NCBI RefSeq assembly: GCF_018350175.1
Contig: NC_058368.1
Span: forward strand, 110,176,001-110,240,000
DNA length: 64,000 nt
Direction: 5' to 3'
Source: Felis catus
Lineage: Eukaryota
Shown here one piece after another: positions 36,710 through 49,149 of this stretch (positions are counted from its first letter, which is position 1; every line of letters starts with the position of its first letter). Below the pieces are notes generated by a model. It searched no databases and was not told where the DNA came from. It was given only the letters and a program-made list of their open reading frames with translations. Position numbers and translations under genes: made by a program.

Positions 36710-37870
36710 AAAAATTCAATCTGAGAATTGTGGTTGACTAACAGGTAAGTCCAATCCATTAATAACTATTACTGATGTATTCAGACTTATTTTTGCCATC
36801 TTGTTTTATTTATGTATTATTTTATTACTCTATATTACTACATCTTCCCTTTTCCTTTGCTTCACTTTGTCAACTTTCCTGCCTTCCAATGAATTGATTG
36901 TGATTTGCCCAATTGCCCTTTCCCACTCTTGTGTGTCAGAAGTGGTATTCTGTTTCTTTTCTTTTACAAGTCACCTGTAAATTTTTATTATGCATTTTTA
37001 CTTAAAATCTGAAGTTTATTAAAGTCTGTTATCTTCTCAAATGCTTTCCTTACCACCTCCCATATCATAGTTAAACACTCCCAAATTATTCACCTTATTG
37101 ATACTTTTCTACAAAAATATTTTTCTATTTCCAAATACTCCTTATTTTTCTAGAAGTCAATGCTTATTTATATTTACCCCTATGTTTGCCTCCTGGTCTT
37201 TCTTTCTAGTGATATTTGTATTCCATTATTATGGAACGCAGAACTACTAAAAGTATACGTTTTAGCAGTTCTTTCAGAGAGGGTTTATGAATGGTAATCT
37301 CTCACATCTCTGACCGGAGATACTTTTGCCCTAATTATTAAACAGAATTCTGATTATTTTCCTTCATAATTAGAAGATATTGTTCAGTTCCCTTCTGGCC
37401 ACCACTGTTGCCAATGAAAAGTTTGGAATCCATAATTGCTCCTTTGTAGTTAATCTTTTTTTCCTCTTTGTTTGGTTTTAATCTTTGGTATTCTGTATTT
37501 TACTTTGATATAGTAAGTATTTATCCTGTTCAGAATTTGGTGTGCTCCCTTAGTTTAGGAATTTATTTCTTCTTTTAATTCTAAAAAATTCTTAGTCTTT
37601 ATCTCATCTAATGTTTCCTCTCTTTGTCTTAAAATTCTTTCTCAATATCTGTTTTATATTTTCCATCTTTGGGTCTCTCTGAGTTCTTTTCTTACAATTT
37701 CCACCAGAGCTACCTTCCAGCTAAAAAATTCTCTTTTTAGTTATGTCTAACATGCTTTTTATTAACTCATTCATTATCAATTTTAATAACTTTAATTTCT
37801 AGAAACTCTACTTTTCTAAATTTACCTGTTTTTTTCCCTCTACAATTTCTTTATTTAAAATTCCCCTCTG

Positions 37871-38087
37871 GGGGTGCCTGGGTGGCTCAGTTGGTTGGGC
37901 ATCTGACTTCAGCTCAGGTCATGATCTCACAGTCCGTGAGTTTGAGTCCCATATCAGGCTCTCTGCTGACAGCTCAGAACTGGGAGCCCGCTTCAGATTC
38001 TGTGTCTCCCTCTCTTTCTGCCCCACCCCTGCTCATGCTCTGTCTCTCTCTGTCTCAAAAATAAATAAAAACATTAAAAAATTAAAA
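37871..38087 (+). mobile_element. Can-SINE (SINEC_Fc)
   Basis: 14-bp TSD aaaattcccctctg at 37857-37870 and 38088-38101. Confidence 0.96.
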
Positions 38088-38257
38088 AAAATTCCCCTCT
38101 GTGTTTTTACTATTGTATTCATTCCAAACATGAATTATTAAATAGCAACTTTTATAATGTTTTATTATCTAAAGATTCTGGGGAAGCTAACCCTCCAGTG
38201 TGTTGAGCCTAGTAACTCTCCCTCATGGGAAATTACCTCCTTATGATCTGAAAAACA

Positions 38258-38468
38258 TTTTTTTAAATTTATTCATTCATTTTTGAGAGAGACCAAGACA
38301 GCATGTGCTGGGTAGGGGCAGAGAGAGAGAAAGAGGGAGAGAGAGAATCCCAAGCAGGCTCCATGCTGTCAGCACAGAGCCTGGTGTGGGGCTCACCAAA
38401 CTGCAAGATCATGACCTGAACTGAAACCAGGAGTCAGAGGCTTAACCAACTGAGCCACTCAGGTGCCT
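38258..38468 (-). mobile_element. Can-SINE (older)
   Basis: Reverse body ending ttaaccaactgagccactcaggtgcc. Confidence 0.92.
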
Positions 38469-38569
38469 GCTTATTTTATGAAATCTTATACTTTAACTTC
38501 AGGTTTTCTTTTTTCCATGGGCAGCCCATAAATTCTGGTGTGGAAGTATTCCTTTAAACTAGATTTTCA

Positions 38570-38760
38570 GGGGCACCTGGGTGGCTCACTTGGTTGAGTG
38601 TCCAATTTTGGTTCAGGTCATGATCGCACGGTTCTTGAGTTCGAGCCCCTCACTGGGCTCTCTGCTGTCCTTGCAGAGCCTGCTTCTGATCCTCTGTTCC
38701 CCTTCTCTCTCTGCCCCTCCCCCACTAGCTCTCTCAAAAATAAATTAAAAAAAACCCCAA
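38570..38760 (+). mobile_element. Can-SINE
   Basis: ggggcacctgggtggctcac head and A-tail. Confidence 0.92.
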
Positions 38761-39479
38761 AATTTTAATCCATAAAAAATATAAAATGGATTTGCATGTG
38801 TTTCTTCCAGGATCCCTAATGGTTCTACTGATCTGGGACCTGCCTTCAAGTTAATTCTAGGTTTGGAATTTCAGCCCTCGGTAAGCAGTGTAAATCCAGA
38901 CCCCTACAATGACGTGGGGAGCAAATTCTAGCAGCTCTCAGATTACATGCCGCTTTATTGGTTCAGTAGGTAAAATTTTCTTAGTTGCTTGCAGTCCCTG
39001 AGATTTTGGTCTTAGATAGGGGCTTTTGGCAGCAATACCACACTTGCCATCTTGCCATGGATGTTAAAGCCCCTGGTACCAACCCTGATGGCTTATATCC
39101 AGACCTGACGCTGCAGCCTGAAACTGCAGGGTATCGTGACACTGGTTTTCACTCACTCATCACTGCCTCTGAGAGTTCTCTGTTCATTTGGCACCTAGGA
39201 ATTTCCCTCACCTTCGAGTTAATCCGTCTATTTAGAAAACAAACAATTTTTTCATATTAATATTTTACCCAGCATTTACATATGTTTGGAGTAGGAAGAG
39301 TGGAGCAGTCTGGTGTCAACTCACATCACCCTCCCATCAAGAATGGAATCATCCAGCCCCTTCTTCCTAGTATTTCTTTTCTTCTGAGGTAAAAAGTAGC
39401 CCTCAGCTAGGTGTTGCTTCGAACCGTGCAAAGTTAAAAGAAAGACCATTCCAGCAGTGAAGGACATGGCTCTAGCATC

Positions 39480-39700
39480 TGCAATAACAGCAGCGGACCT
39501 ACTATGCTCTGGGCACTGTTCTAAGCACATTAGCCACACTATGACATTTTATCTCCCCAACAGCCTTATGAGGTAAGTCCCGTTGGCTACTTGACGGTCA
39601 AGGAATCTGAGGAACAGAGAGGTAAAACGCAGGCAGCTGCTATGTGTTTAACAACTGGTAGCAACAGCAGAAAAGAGAAAAGGAAGACATTTCCACTTCC
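39480..39700 (-). mobile_element. MIR
   Basis: ctactatgctctgggcactgttctaagcac...ccccaacagccttatgaggtaag...ggaatctgaggaacagagagg. Confidence 0.7.
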
Positions 39701-40971
39701 CTAGAGTTCAGATGGTGCAGGATTTCATACATGACAGGAGGGTAACTTTTACCTGCCACCCAGGCCTTCATGCCAGGGTTGTCCTGCCTCAGGTGATAAC
39801 TGGTAGTGATGCCTTTTTTGCAACCTTGTGTCACACAAATGCATCATTTAACTTCCTTGAAAGCTTTCCAAGGCCAGCATCACAGGGGCAGTATGTTCAC
39901 TGAATCACTGGTGCCGTTACCAATGCCCCAGCAGACATCCGCACACGTAGAATGTCACACTCAGAATATATTTACAGACTTTTCTCGATACTCTGACAAC
40001 ACAGAATACACAGAGAGGTAGTGGTTTTTGAAGATAAAATGTTCAACAACTGCGTCCTCAGACCTGATGGGATTCCTAGCGTAGATTTAGATCAACTTAG
40101 TCTGAATTCCGTGGGGCTAAACCGTATCTGAAAAGTGTGAAATCCTGATGTCCTTTGAAGAGCATCGTCTGGTTTATGCACACATTTATTTCCGTAACAA
40201 CATGTAGAAGAAGGAGGCGGGCCGCCCGTGCCTGGAGAAAAAGGGGCTGGCGCGTGCCCTCCAGGGGAGCACACGGTCCCAAGCACAGACAGGCACGGGA
40301 CTCGCATGCAAATGCTTTGATCAACCTGCAAAGTGAACCGTGTTTTTTTCATCCTCTCGGGCCTGGAGCTGCAGGTTACTCTTAGTAAATATTTTGACTG
40401 GTGAGGCTAGAAGCAACTGTCTCCATACTGAGGCAGAACACCAAACATATCCGTGTTGAGCAAACAATGCGGATGGGATGATTCCTGCCTCGGCCCAGAG
40501 CGTCCTGACGGGAATCAGTCTGGGCAACAAGCAGCCAGAATCATTGATGAGAAAGGCCCATATAAGTGCTGGCTTGCTTACACACTGGCTGGGATGGAGG
40601 GATCACAGCCGAGACGAGACATGGCAGACACACTACCAAGCAAGGCGGGGACCTGACCCGGGCCCTGTGGGGAGGGCAATGTTGGGAGGGCAAAGCTGGG
40701 GTGTGGTGGGGGGGGGGTCATCCTGAGCTCTAGGAAACTCTGCTGCTACTTCTCCCGTGGCTATGGGGGCAAGAGCAAGGATCTGCCTGAGGGGTCACAC
40801 CTAGAAGCTGTGCTCCCAGCACTGAGGGGAATGATACGAACAGCAATAGTGATGCTGGGAAGTCAGTGCTACAAATCGCATCCTACAACTGGCACATGTG
40901 AAAATCTCTAAGGAGACAGCAAATAATCCAGACGATGGAGCTTAAGACCTTTGCAAGCAAAGCTTGCTTCA

Positions 40972-41200
40972 TTTTTTTTTTTTTGTATTAAAAATTTTTT
41001 TTTAATGCTTATTTGTTTTGGAGAAAGACAGAGGGTGAGTGGGGGAGGGGCAGAGAGCAAGGGAGACACAGAATCTGAAGCAGGCTCCAGGCTCTGAGCT
41101 GTCGGCATGGATCCTAATGCAGGGCTCAAACTCACAAACCATGAAGTCATGACCTGAGCTGAAGTTGGATGCTTATCTGACTGAACAACCCAGGCGCCCC
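40972..41200 (-). mobile_element. Can-SINE (SINEC_Fc)
   Basis: Reverse SINE; diverged TSD aagcttgcttcatt / aaacttgtttcatt. Confidence 0.95.
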
Positions 41201-43056
41201 TAAACTTGTTTCATTCTAAATGTAATCATTTTGGACAGGACCCCTTCTCTAGGGCATTACACATTCTAGCACCTTTACAGAGAGAGATTGAGTCCTCTCT
41301 CAGGGTAGATGGAGAAGTGAGATCATGATGGTGAACAGCAACGATCAGCCCAAGGTCTGCTGCCAGGACCACCCCAGGGGCGAATAAAGTATTGTTGGGA
41401 GGTCTGAGCCAACTCTGCATAAACAAGTGACCTTCTGTCCACTTCTGCAGTTTGCTTTTGGGCTGCCATCTGTCTCCTGCACTGTGGCCAGAATTTGCCT
41501 CTGGCAGCTCCATTCCTCCAGCTAACTGCTTGTAGGCTGTGAAACCAGATCATCAAGGAGGTTAGAATTATGTTGAAAGCAGGAGTTACTGGGCCTTGAG
41601 TGAGGTTTCTCTTCCCAAGTAATCATGAGCATTTGCACAGACTGGCCTCAGGAAGGGAAGCTCGGGGGTCTTCTGGGTTGCTCTGGGTTCCATGATGTTC
41701 AGGGGCAGTAGAGGGGCAGATGTGCTGTGTGGCTGCTCTGCTGCTGGGGACAGAAGGACTGATGCTGCCCAGAGTATCCAACTTGGGATGCTACCCTCCT
41801 GGGCACCCATGCCAATCTGCACCGTCATACAAGTTCTGCAACATATGCCCCCAAATCCAAAACCATCTATACTTAATTAAATAGAAGGCATACAATTGTG
41901 TGAAATAAGGTGGGTGGGTGTAGTGCACTTTCTACATTTAAATAAACAGGCAATCTTGCGGGTAAAATGCACATTGCTTTCTAGGATACTAACCTAGAAA
42001 GACAGAAAGCACTGTTCATTCCCGTGGTCTGACACTTGGTGCAAGCTCTCAGGCTAAACCTCTCCAGAGCCCGGGTCTATAGAAGTCTAAGGTCTAAGGC
42101 TTCAGATGTTTTGGCTTCTCTTCCAAACCTGGCCAATGGCCTTCCAATCAAGGGAATCTTAGTGAGACCTGAGACCTGTGTCACAGGCAAAGATCCACAT
42201 TTGCTGAGAGAGATGATGTATTAATCCAGGATAAGGAATAAGCCTCCTTACCTTCTCTCACATGGTTTCTCTGGCCACCATATCCACATAGATGCCCATG
42301 ATGGAAGTGATGTGAACGCCTCCATAGGAAATGCATACACAAGGCTGGGCAGCAAGGAGAGTCCTATACCATCTCTGCTGGCCTCTGCATGACTTCAGAC
42401 TGGCAGTGTTCTAGAGGAGGCGAGGGTTCCAAGGAAACTAAAACCACCTTCAGCTGGGTTCCACACTGCCAGCTTCTTCCACTCCCAGTGAGCACATGGC
42501 ACCGTTCCACCCGTTCCTATCCACTGCATATGGGACCGGCCAGAATCGACCCCCAGCCCCACCATTGGTGCCAGCCACCCTGACCCCTCCTTGCCACTTC
42601 TCACATACACTCCAGCTGCCCACCTTCTGGTACTGGGGAGCTCTAACCTAACCCTCTCCTCGCACCTGTCTCTCAGGGACTGGCTCCCACCTCCTCCTCC
42701 AGAGGGCCTTCCCTGATCACCTCAGCCGCGGCGTCTCCTGCCGCCCATCTCCTTCTGGACTACCCTCCAAGTTCTGTACTGGTTCCCAAGAGCATCCCTC
42801 AAATCAGTGGCTAGATTTGCTTCTACTCCTGTCTCTAGTTCTGCCAGGGCAGCATCTCACACAAGACAGACCTAGCAGGTGCTCACTAAAAGGTAGGTGA
42901 ATTGGCATGGATCGAGGAAGCAGGGAGGGATGAATAATGGCCATTTATGGAATTTGAAAAAGACCCTGGAAAGTTGGAAAGGGCCTTAAAAGACATGGTA
43001 TATTACTTTTAAAAGGACAACTTTGATGCACAGACTCTGTAATAATTTCAGTTCTC

Positions 43057-43277
43057 TTAATTAAAAAATTTTTTTTAATGTTTATTTATTTTTGTGGGAG
43101 AGAGACAGAGCACAAACTGGGGAGGGGCAGAGAGAGAGGGAGACAGAGAATCTGAAGCAGGCTCCAGGCTCTGAGCTGTCAGCACAGAGCCTGATGTGGG
43201 GCTTGAACCCACGAACCAGGAGATCATGACCTGAGCTGAAGTCAGACGCTTAACCAACTGAGCCACCCAGGTTCACC
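43057..43277 (-). mobile_element. Can-SINE (SINEC_Fc)
   Basis: Reverse SINE; TSD tgtaataatttcag on both sides. Confidence 0.95.
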
Positions 43278-44224
43278 ATGTAATAATTTCAGCTCTTATC
43301 AATCTCTGTGGCAATTCTTACTAAGCAAGACCACAAATAGGGTGTCTTGGGGACAGAAAACTTTCTCATACCTTACTTCACTGAAGAAAGAGGTGAGGGA
43401 ATGTGGGATAAACCCCAGTGGTAGTCTAAAGGCTCTAAGGATGGGGAATTGGGTGGCAGTGGCCCCGGAGGTAGGGGAGGCACCTGAGGATTCCTCTTGA
43501 AGCCCTGATGCACAGCACACTTGCTGCTCTGATTGTACATTTTTGAGGGAGGTGCTAAAGGCTCTCACAGGAGAGCTGCAAGCAGCCTCCCTCCCCAGCC
43601 ACCTCTAGGTGCCGTGAGTGTGTAGGTTGGGTGCCGTGCCTAGAAACAGACCCAACAAGTCACAGAAAAGCCTGGTGCACAGACCACTTAGCACGGGCTC
43701 AGCAGAAGTACCTTCTGGGTAAATTCTTTCATGCAAACCTCCTTCCTCTAAACTTGCTCTAAATCCTGGCTTTCTTGGGACCATCTCCTACTTGAAAAAA
43801 TAAGTTGTATAACCATGTTCTATTCTGTCTTCCATTTAAAGAACGTGGAAAAAAAAAAGTCAGGGGCAGGATGGGCAGACCATGGATGCCCCTGGGAACA
43901 CGTGCATATGTCTCATTCTGAATCATGTTCTGGGTTTATCAGAAATGCCAGAAGTCAATGCCCTGTAGACCCGAGCTCCCTGATGACAGGCCAGAGGCTG
44001 TGGGCTCCAACACCCTGGCTGCCTACCTTCTTGGGCACATGACACCACAGATTTGGGGCCTGACAGAGATGGAGCCTGCCTTTTCCTTGGATTGAGGGGA
44101 CTATGTGCCCCAGGACAGGATATAAGGGGGAAGAAGCCTCATAAATGGGGACAAGGAAATAACTCAGGACTCCCTAGGCTCAGGCTGAGGTTTCTCCCCC
44201 AGCCCATCAGGCAAACGACAATAA

Positions 44225-44450
44225 TAATAATAGCAGCAGCCATAGCTACCATTTATTGAGTGTGTACTATCATTTAGGCAGTGATCCAAGGGCCTTCCAT
44301 TTATTATTATGATTCCCATTATTATGAGATTAGCTTTATTATGTCCATCTGACAGGGAGCAAAGTCAAGGAAGGTGAGCCCTTCAAGGTCTCACAGCTAC
44401 TTAAGTGGCAGAATGAGGATTGGAACTCAGTTCCATCGGAGTCCAGAGTT
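44225..44450 (-). mobile_element. MIR
   Basis: agctaccatttattgagtgtgtactat...aaggtctcacagctacttaagtggcagaatgaggattggaactcag. Confidence 0.7.
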
Positions 44451-44707
44451 TTCTAGGGAAAGCTCCTCCTTCGTGGGCCAATGAGGTCTTGGAGAGTTCG
44501 GTGATGGGCAGATTCCCTCAGAGAGCTGGGCTCAGGGGCGGTGCCTGTGAGGGCTGAGTTCAGGGGAAAAACTGCCAGCTCTTCTGCCAATATGTGTCTT
44601 CCTTGTTTAGCGGAAATGCCTACATGATCATTGTACATGGATGTCTAACAGGGAATAGAGGAATTCCTCGAATCCCCAAAGCCCAGCAGGTTTGCAGCAT
44701 TAACAAA

Positions 44708-44717
44708 CCACACCACA

Positions 44718-44763
<46 letters not shown>
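44708..44763. repeat. (CA)n microsatellite
   Basis: More than 20 near-perfect CA units. Confidence 0.97.
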
Positions 44764-44765
<2 letters not shown>

Positions 44766-46964
44766 CCTGTACCCACAGGTAATTTTCCAAACACTGAGCT
44801 AGTGTGACATGAGCAGTGACCAGTCAGAATGGATCCCAGCCATCAGTGCCTAGTTCAGCTAAATGACTGCAGACTGGTTCAAGAGCAGCCTTTCTCATGG
44901 CCAGGCCGTGTTTAAAAAACTGCACACGGCACATCTGCCAAGCAGCTCTCTTTACATCGCTGTCTAACCTGGTCCTACAATGGCTGGTTTAAAGCTAAGA
45001 AAAGAGCTCCAAGATTGATCGGAGGCCAAGCTTTTGCCAAACTCTCTGGAGGCATCCTACCACTTGACAGGGGCTTCTCAGCATTACACACGCTTCTGGG
45101 TCCCGAAAGGGCCTGGGATGTGTGGTAGGGCCCTGTGGTAACACAGGTAGAAGGCTCATTTTGTTGTGGATCCCGGCAAAAGCCAGATTTCCTCAATTAG
45201 GGATATGAGAGCGGAGCTTCCAGTACGAACCACAATTGCCAACTGTTTCCCCCAAATTCAGACTGAGGAATAAAACAACCTCCAAGGGTTTCATTTCGGC
45301 TTAAAATTTGCTTTTCGTAACAGTGACAATTTATATTTGCTTCAGTGAAGCACACTCTTACATGATTTTAAATTCCTTCTATGACTGAGCACTGGCTCAA
45401 CAGATTAATCCCGTGGTGGGGAGCTGGGGTCTCTGACATGCTGTGAAGGCCATGCCACCCCATGCCTCTCTCTCATCCCTTTGAAGTCCTCGAGGAGGTA
45501 ATGATCTCTGCCCATCCCTGCCTCCCACAGCACACATTTTAGCTTGATTATGGGATTCTGGAAAGACAGGACCTAAATTCTGCCTTCTCCCATTTTGTTT
45601 GACATTCGCTGATTCAATCAACCAATATGTATTTAGTGCCTACTCTGTACAAGCCTGATCTTTACAACTAGACCAGAGGGGCTGCAGACCACGCTGCCTG
45701 TTTCCTTTTATCGCCTCTCATGGGCCGGCAAAAGGCTATAGATGAAGAGGGCATCATAAACACTTAGAGCATTGAATAATCTTTGTTCTGCTACAGGAAC
45801 AGGAAAGGAGTTCCAAGAAGCCTTTCATGGACTCCATTTTAAACGGAAGGATCTGGCATCCCACGGCTCTGGCTCTCCAGCCTCCTCCTCCCCGCCTTCC
45901 TTACGCTTTCACTTTGACAAACTCCCGTGACTCTCCCAAAGTCCACGCACGAGAACCTGAGCCCTCACTTTGCAGAGAAAGACACAATGGCCGTGGCAGT
46001 TGGCTGATGTCCCCGTTTCGTACACCAACGAGCCTCAGAGTTGACACTTTGCTCACACTTACCAAGCCCTGGTCATCATACTACATGACTCTGCCATTGA
46101 ACAAAGGGTTCAGGAGACCAGGGTGTGGGTTCAATTCCCTTCTTAGAAGCAGCCATCCCTCATCCTGTCTTCACAGAATGACCCACAAAGGATCATCCTA
46201 AGGGATCCCGGTCGGAGCACACACACCTGCAACTTTGCCTCAGCAGCAAGAAGTCCCAGCCTCCTGACTCTGGGGGTGCCAAGATCAGCACGCAGAAACA
46301 CAAAATCACGATGGCATTAATTTTTCAGGCTCACGCTCCGAGGCTATTTCACAAAATAGCCATCTTAAAAAAAATGTAACTGATTAACATGTTAACCTTT
46401 GAAGATATAAAAGCTGATAAAATAACCAAACCCATTTCCAAAAAGGATTTCCTAATGACGAATTCTCCTCTCTAACCTTTCTGGATAGAGCCCATGATCA
46501 TATGATAAGCTGGCGTAATTAAATTCTCCAGAGGAAATTGCCCAGAAGAGAACAAACTGGACACGCCGTGGGAAGCCGCTCAGCTTTCGACATCCCTGTA
46601 AAACACAGATCCCCGTAAGACTCGGGTTTGCTTCAGAAAAACGTGTGCTCTAACTTCTGAATTTGCTTGACATCTAGAGGAGGGGGAGATAAAAGGGAGC
46701 CTCGAGGTACCGTGTAATTTTGGCCATCCCTCACAGTGGGAGATGTGTTCCTAGGGAAGATAAAAAGAGTGTGGAGACCGCAAATGGTTGGGGATGGGTA
46801 GGGAGAGCAGGGACGACTCCAGCCTGCACAAATGCACCTCCACACGAGCTGCAGAGTGGGGTGCTATGGGCAGCCAGGAAAAGAAAATGTCCTATTGCCA
46901 AAGTCATATGAGGGAAAATGGGGAGCAATGTGTTACACACTTCACAGTTTTAAAAAAATTTTAA

Positions 46965-47195
46965 GGGGCACCTGGGTGGCTCAGTCAGTTGAGCGTCTGA
47001 CTTTGGCTCAGGTCATGATCTCGCGGTCCGTGGGTTCGAGCCCCGTGTCGGGCTCTGTGCTGACAGCTCAGAGCCTGGAGCCTGTTTCAGATTCTGTGTC
47101 TCCCTCTCTCTCTGACCCTCCCCCATTCATGCTCTGTCTCTCTCTGTCTCAAAAATAAATAAACGTTAAAAAAAATTTTTTTTTTAATTAAAAAA
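46965..47195 (+). mobile_element. Can-SINE (SINEC_Fc)
   Basis: Full-length, CpG-retaining body with aataaataaacgttaaaaaaaatttt tail. Confidence 0.96.
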
Positions 47196-47533
47196 ACAGG
47201 AGTAAACTCCCTTTGCTGATGACTGGAGCACAAAATTGGTCATATATGAAGGATGGGAGAATTACTTCTTATTACTAGATCTTGTATCAAGCAGCTTAAT
47301 CAGCTCGGGCAGGAAGTTTCTACTGATCCTGCCCCTCCCCCACCCGGCCAGGAGAGAGAAAAGTATAGGCTAAGAGACAGTCCTGTGGGATAGGCAGACA
47401 ATGCATTCAAGGTTGGAAGAGGGAGGAACAGGTCTGAAATGATGCCATCCAGGGAAGGACCCTGCACAGCAAGGGATCTATTTTTAGGCAAGTCAGCAGA
47501 TGAGCCAGTTCCTTAAAGGGCATCTTAGGAGAC

Positions 47534-48569
47534 TGTGGAAGGCAGATTGCTAACTCATGTCCCACCTCCCAAATGGTCTATGCCCTAACCCCTGGAACCT
47601 GTCAATATGATGAGATGCCATTTCCATGACTGTGTTACATTACATAGCACTGCTATGGGTTGAGTTGGGTCCCTCAAATAGAGAATGGTGAAGTCCTAAC
47701 CCCTGGTGCCTGCGAATGTAACTTTATTGGGGAACAGGGTGTTTGTAGATGTAATCAAGCTAAGATGAGGTCATGAGGGTAGGCCCTAATCCAACGTGAC
47801 TGGTACCCTTGTAAGACATGGAGAATTTAGACAGAGACACACACAGAGGAAAACACAGAGAGGGAAGACCGTCACATGGACATGGATGCAGAGATACCCC
47901 TCGTGATGCTGCTATAAGGACTGTCTAGGGCTGACAGAAGCAGGATAAGGCCAGGAAGAGTCCTCCCCTAGAGGCTTCAGTGGGAGAACATCCCTGCTGA
48001 CACCTTGATTTTGGACTTCTAACATCTAGAATTGTGAGAATCAATATCCAATGTTTTAAGCTACCCAGTTTCTGGTACTTTATTATGACAACCCTAGGAA
48101 ATTAAGACAGGGACAATTAACCTTGAGATAGGGAGATTATCTGAGTGGGACTGATCTAATGACAGGAGACCTTCAAGGCGGAGATTTCCTATGGCTGGTG
48201 GCAGAGAAGTCAGAGGTTCGGAAGCGTGAGAAATACTCGATATTCTGTTGCTGGCCTGAAGATGGGGGACCATGTGAGAAGAAATAAAGGCATGTGAAGA
48301 AATCAGGGATCTCACTCCTACTTTCCCAAGGAACTGAATCCTGCCAACAGCCTGAAGGAGCTTAGAAGTGGATTTTTTTCCAGAGCTTCCAAAGACAAGA
48401 GCTCAGACCAACCGACACCCTAGACTTTGGCCTTCTGAGACCCTAAGCAGACAACCCAGCTAAGCCCGCATGGATTACTAACCTAAGAACCTTGAGATAA
48501 CAAATTTGTGTTGTTTCAAGTTGCTAAGTGTGTGGTAAATTATTACAGCAGCAATAGAAAATTGATACG
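47534..48569 (+). mobile_element. MaLR solo LTR (MLT1D/E-like), split by a nested LTR
   Basis: Start tgtggaaggcaga...ccctggaacctg; resumes gggagattatctgagtggg; end gttgctaagtgtgtggtaaattattacagcagcaatagaaaattgatac. Confidence 0.75.
47651..48109 (+). mobile_element. MaLR solo LTR (MLT1A/B-like) nested in the older MLT1
   Basis: TG...CA ends (tgctatgggttga...ggaaattaagaca); core gatgtaatcaagctaagatgaggtcatgagggtaggccctaatcc; gacaccttgattttggacttct. Confidence 0.8.
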
Positions 48570-48601
48570 GACTGAGAAAGTTCACGATCTCAACAAGCCA
48601 C

Positions 48602-48624
48602 TTTTTTTTTTTTTTTTTTTTTTT
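48602..48624. repeat. Poly-T run
   Basis: About 23 consecutive T. Confidence 0.9.
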
Positions 48625-48765
48625 AGCAGAGAGGGCTGGTAATTTAGAAAAAAATCAGAGACTTTCAAGAGAGATATGTAAGAGATCACAGATAACTCTC
48701 CTCAGATTCCAATGGAAAAAACCCACAAAATAGCCCTAGAAACAAAGATGGAGGTTGGTTATAAG

Positions 48766-48958
48766 CAGTGGTGTGCTGGTAAATGGTTAAAAACCAGCTC
48801 TCTGGAAAGAGAGAGAGGCCCTAATGTGTAGCATTTGCTAATGTCTATGGTGTGAGTGCTCCTACAGTGGCCAATTTTAAACAACTGGCTCAGAAAATTC
48901 CTGAAAATGTGAGAAAAGTTTCCTTGAGGCAGTACAAGCGGACTTCAGCATTCCACCG
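48766..48958 (-). mobile_element. MER63-like hAT-Blackjack fossil
   Basis: Terminal cagtggtgtgctgg; internal aacaactggctcagaaaattcctgaaaatg; degenerate cagcattccaccg end. Confidence 0.7.
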
Positions 48959-49149
48959 GAAGCCACAAAGCAGAGCTAAGAGAAGTTATCTTGAAGGAAC
49001 ACAGATGCACTTGGCCTGAAAGAGCTGGGGGGCCAGCCCTAATGCATCCACCCTCCCACGGAGAAGTTCGAAGGCTCGGGCCTGATGGCCCTGTCCTAGG
49101 CCTTCTTCTTCTCACCCCATCCTCAAGCCCCAGACAACCTCAGCCACTC

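Larger units (their letters stand above)
35330..38250 (-). mobile_element. Ancient L1M segment (reverse), interrupted by younger insertions
   Basis: About 3 kb of very T-rich sequence with L1-like motifs (gatggtgcatttgtcaattttctcctgtaag; ttctggccaccactgttgccaatgaaaagt). Confidence 0.7.

Noticed and set aside
37882..38064. Recurrent peptide AQVMIS...LTAQSLEPASDSVSPSL in many ORFs
   Set aside because: Conceptual translation of Can-SINE copies
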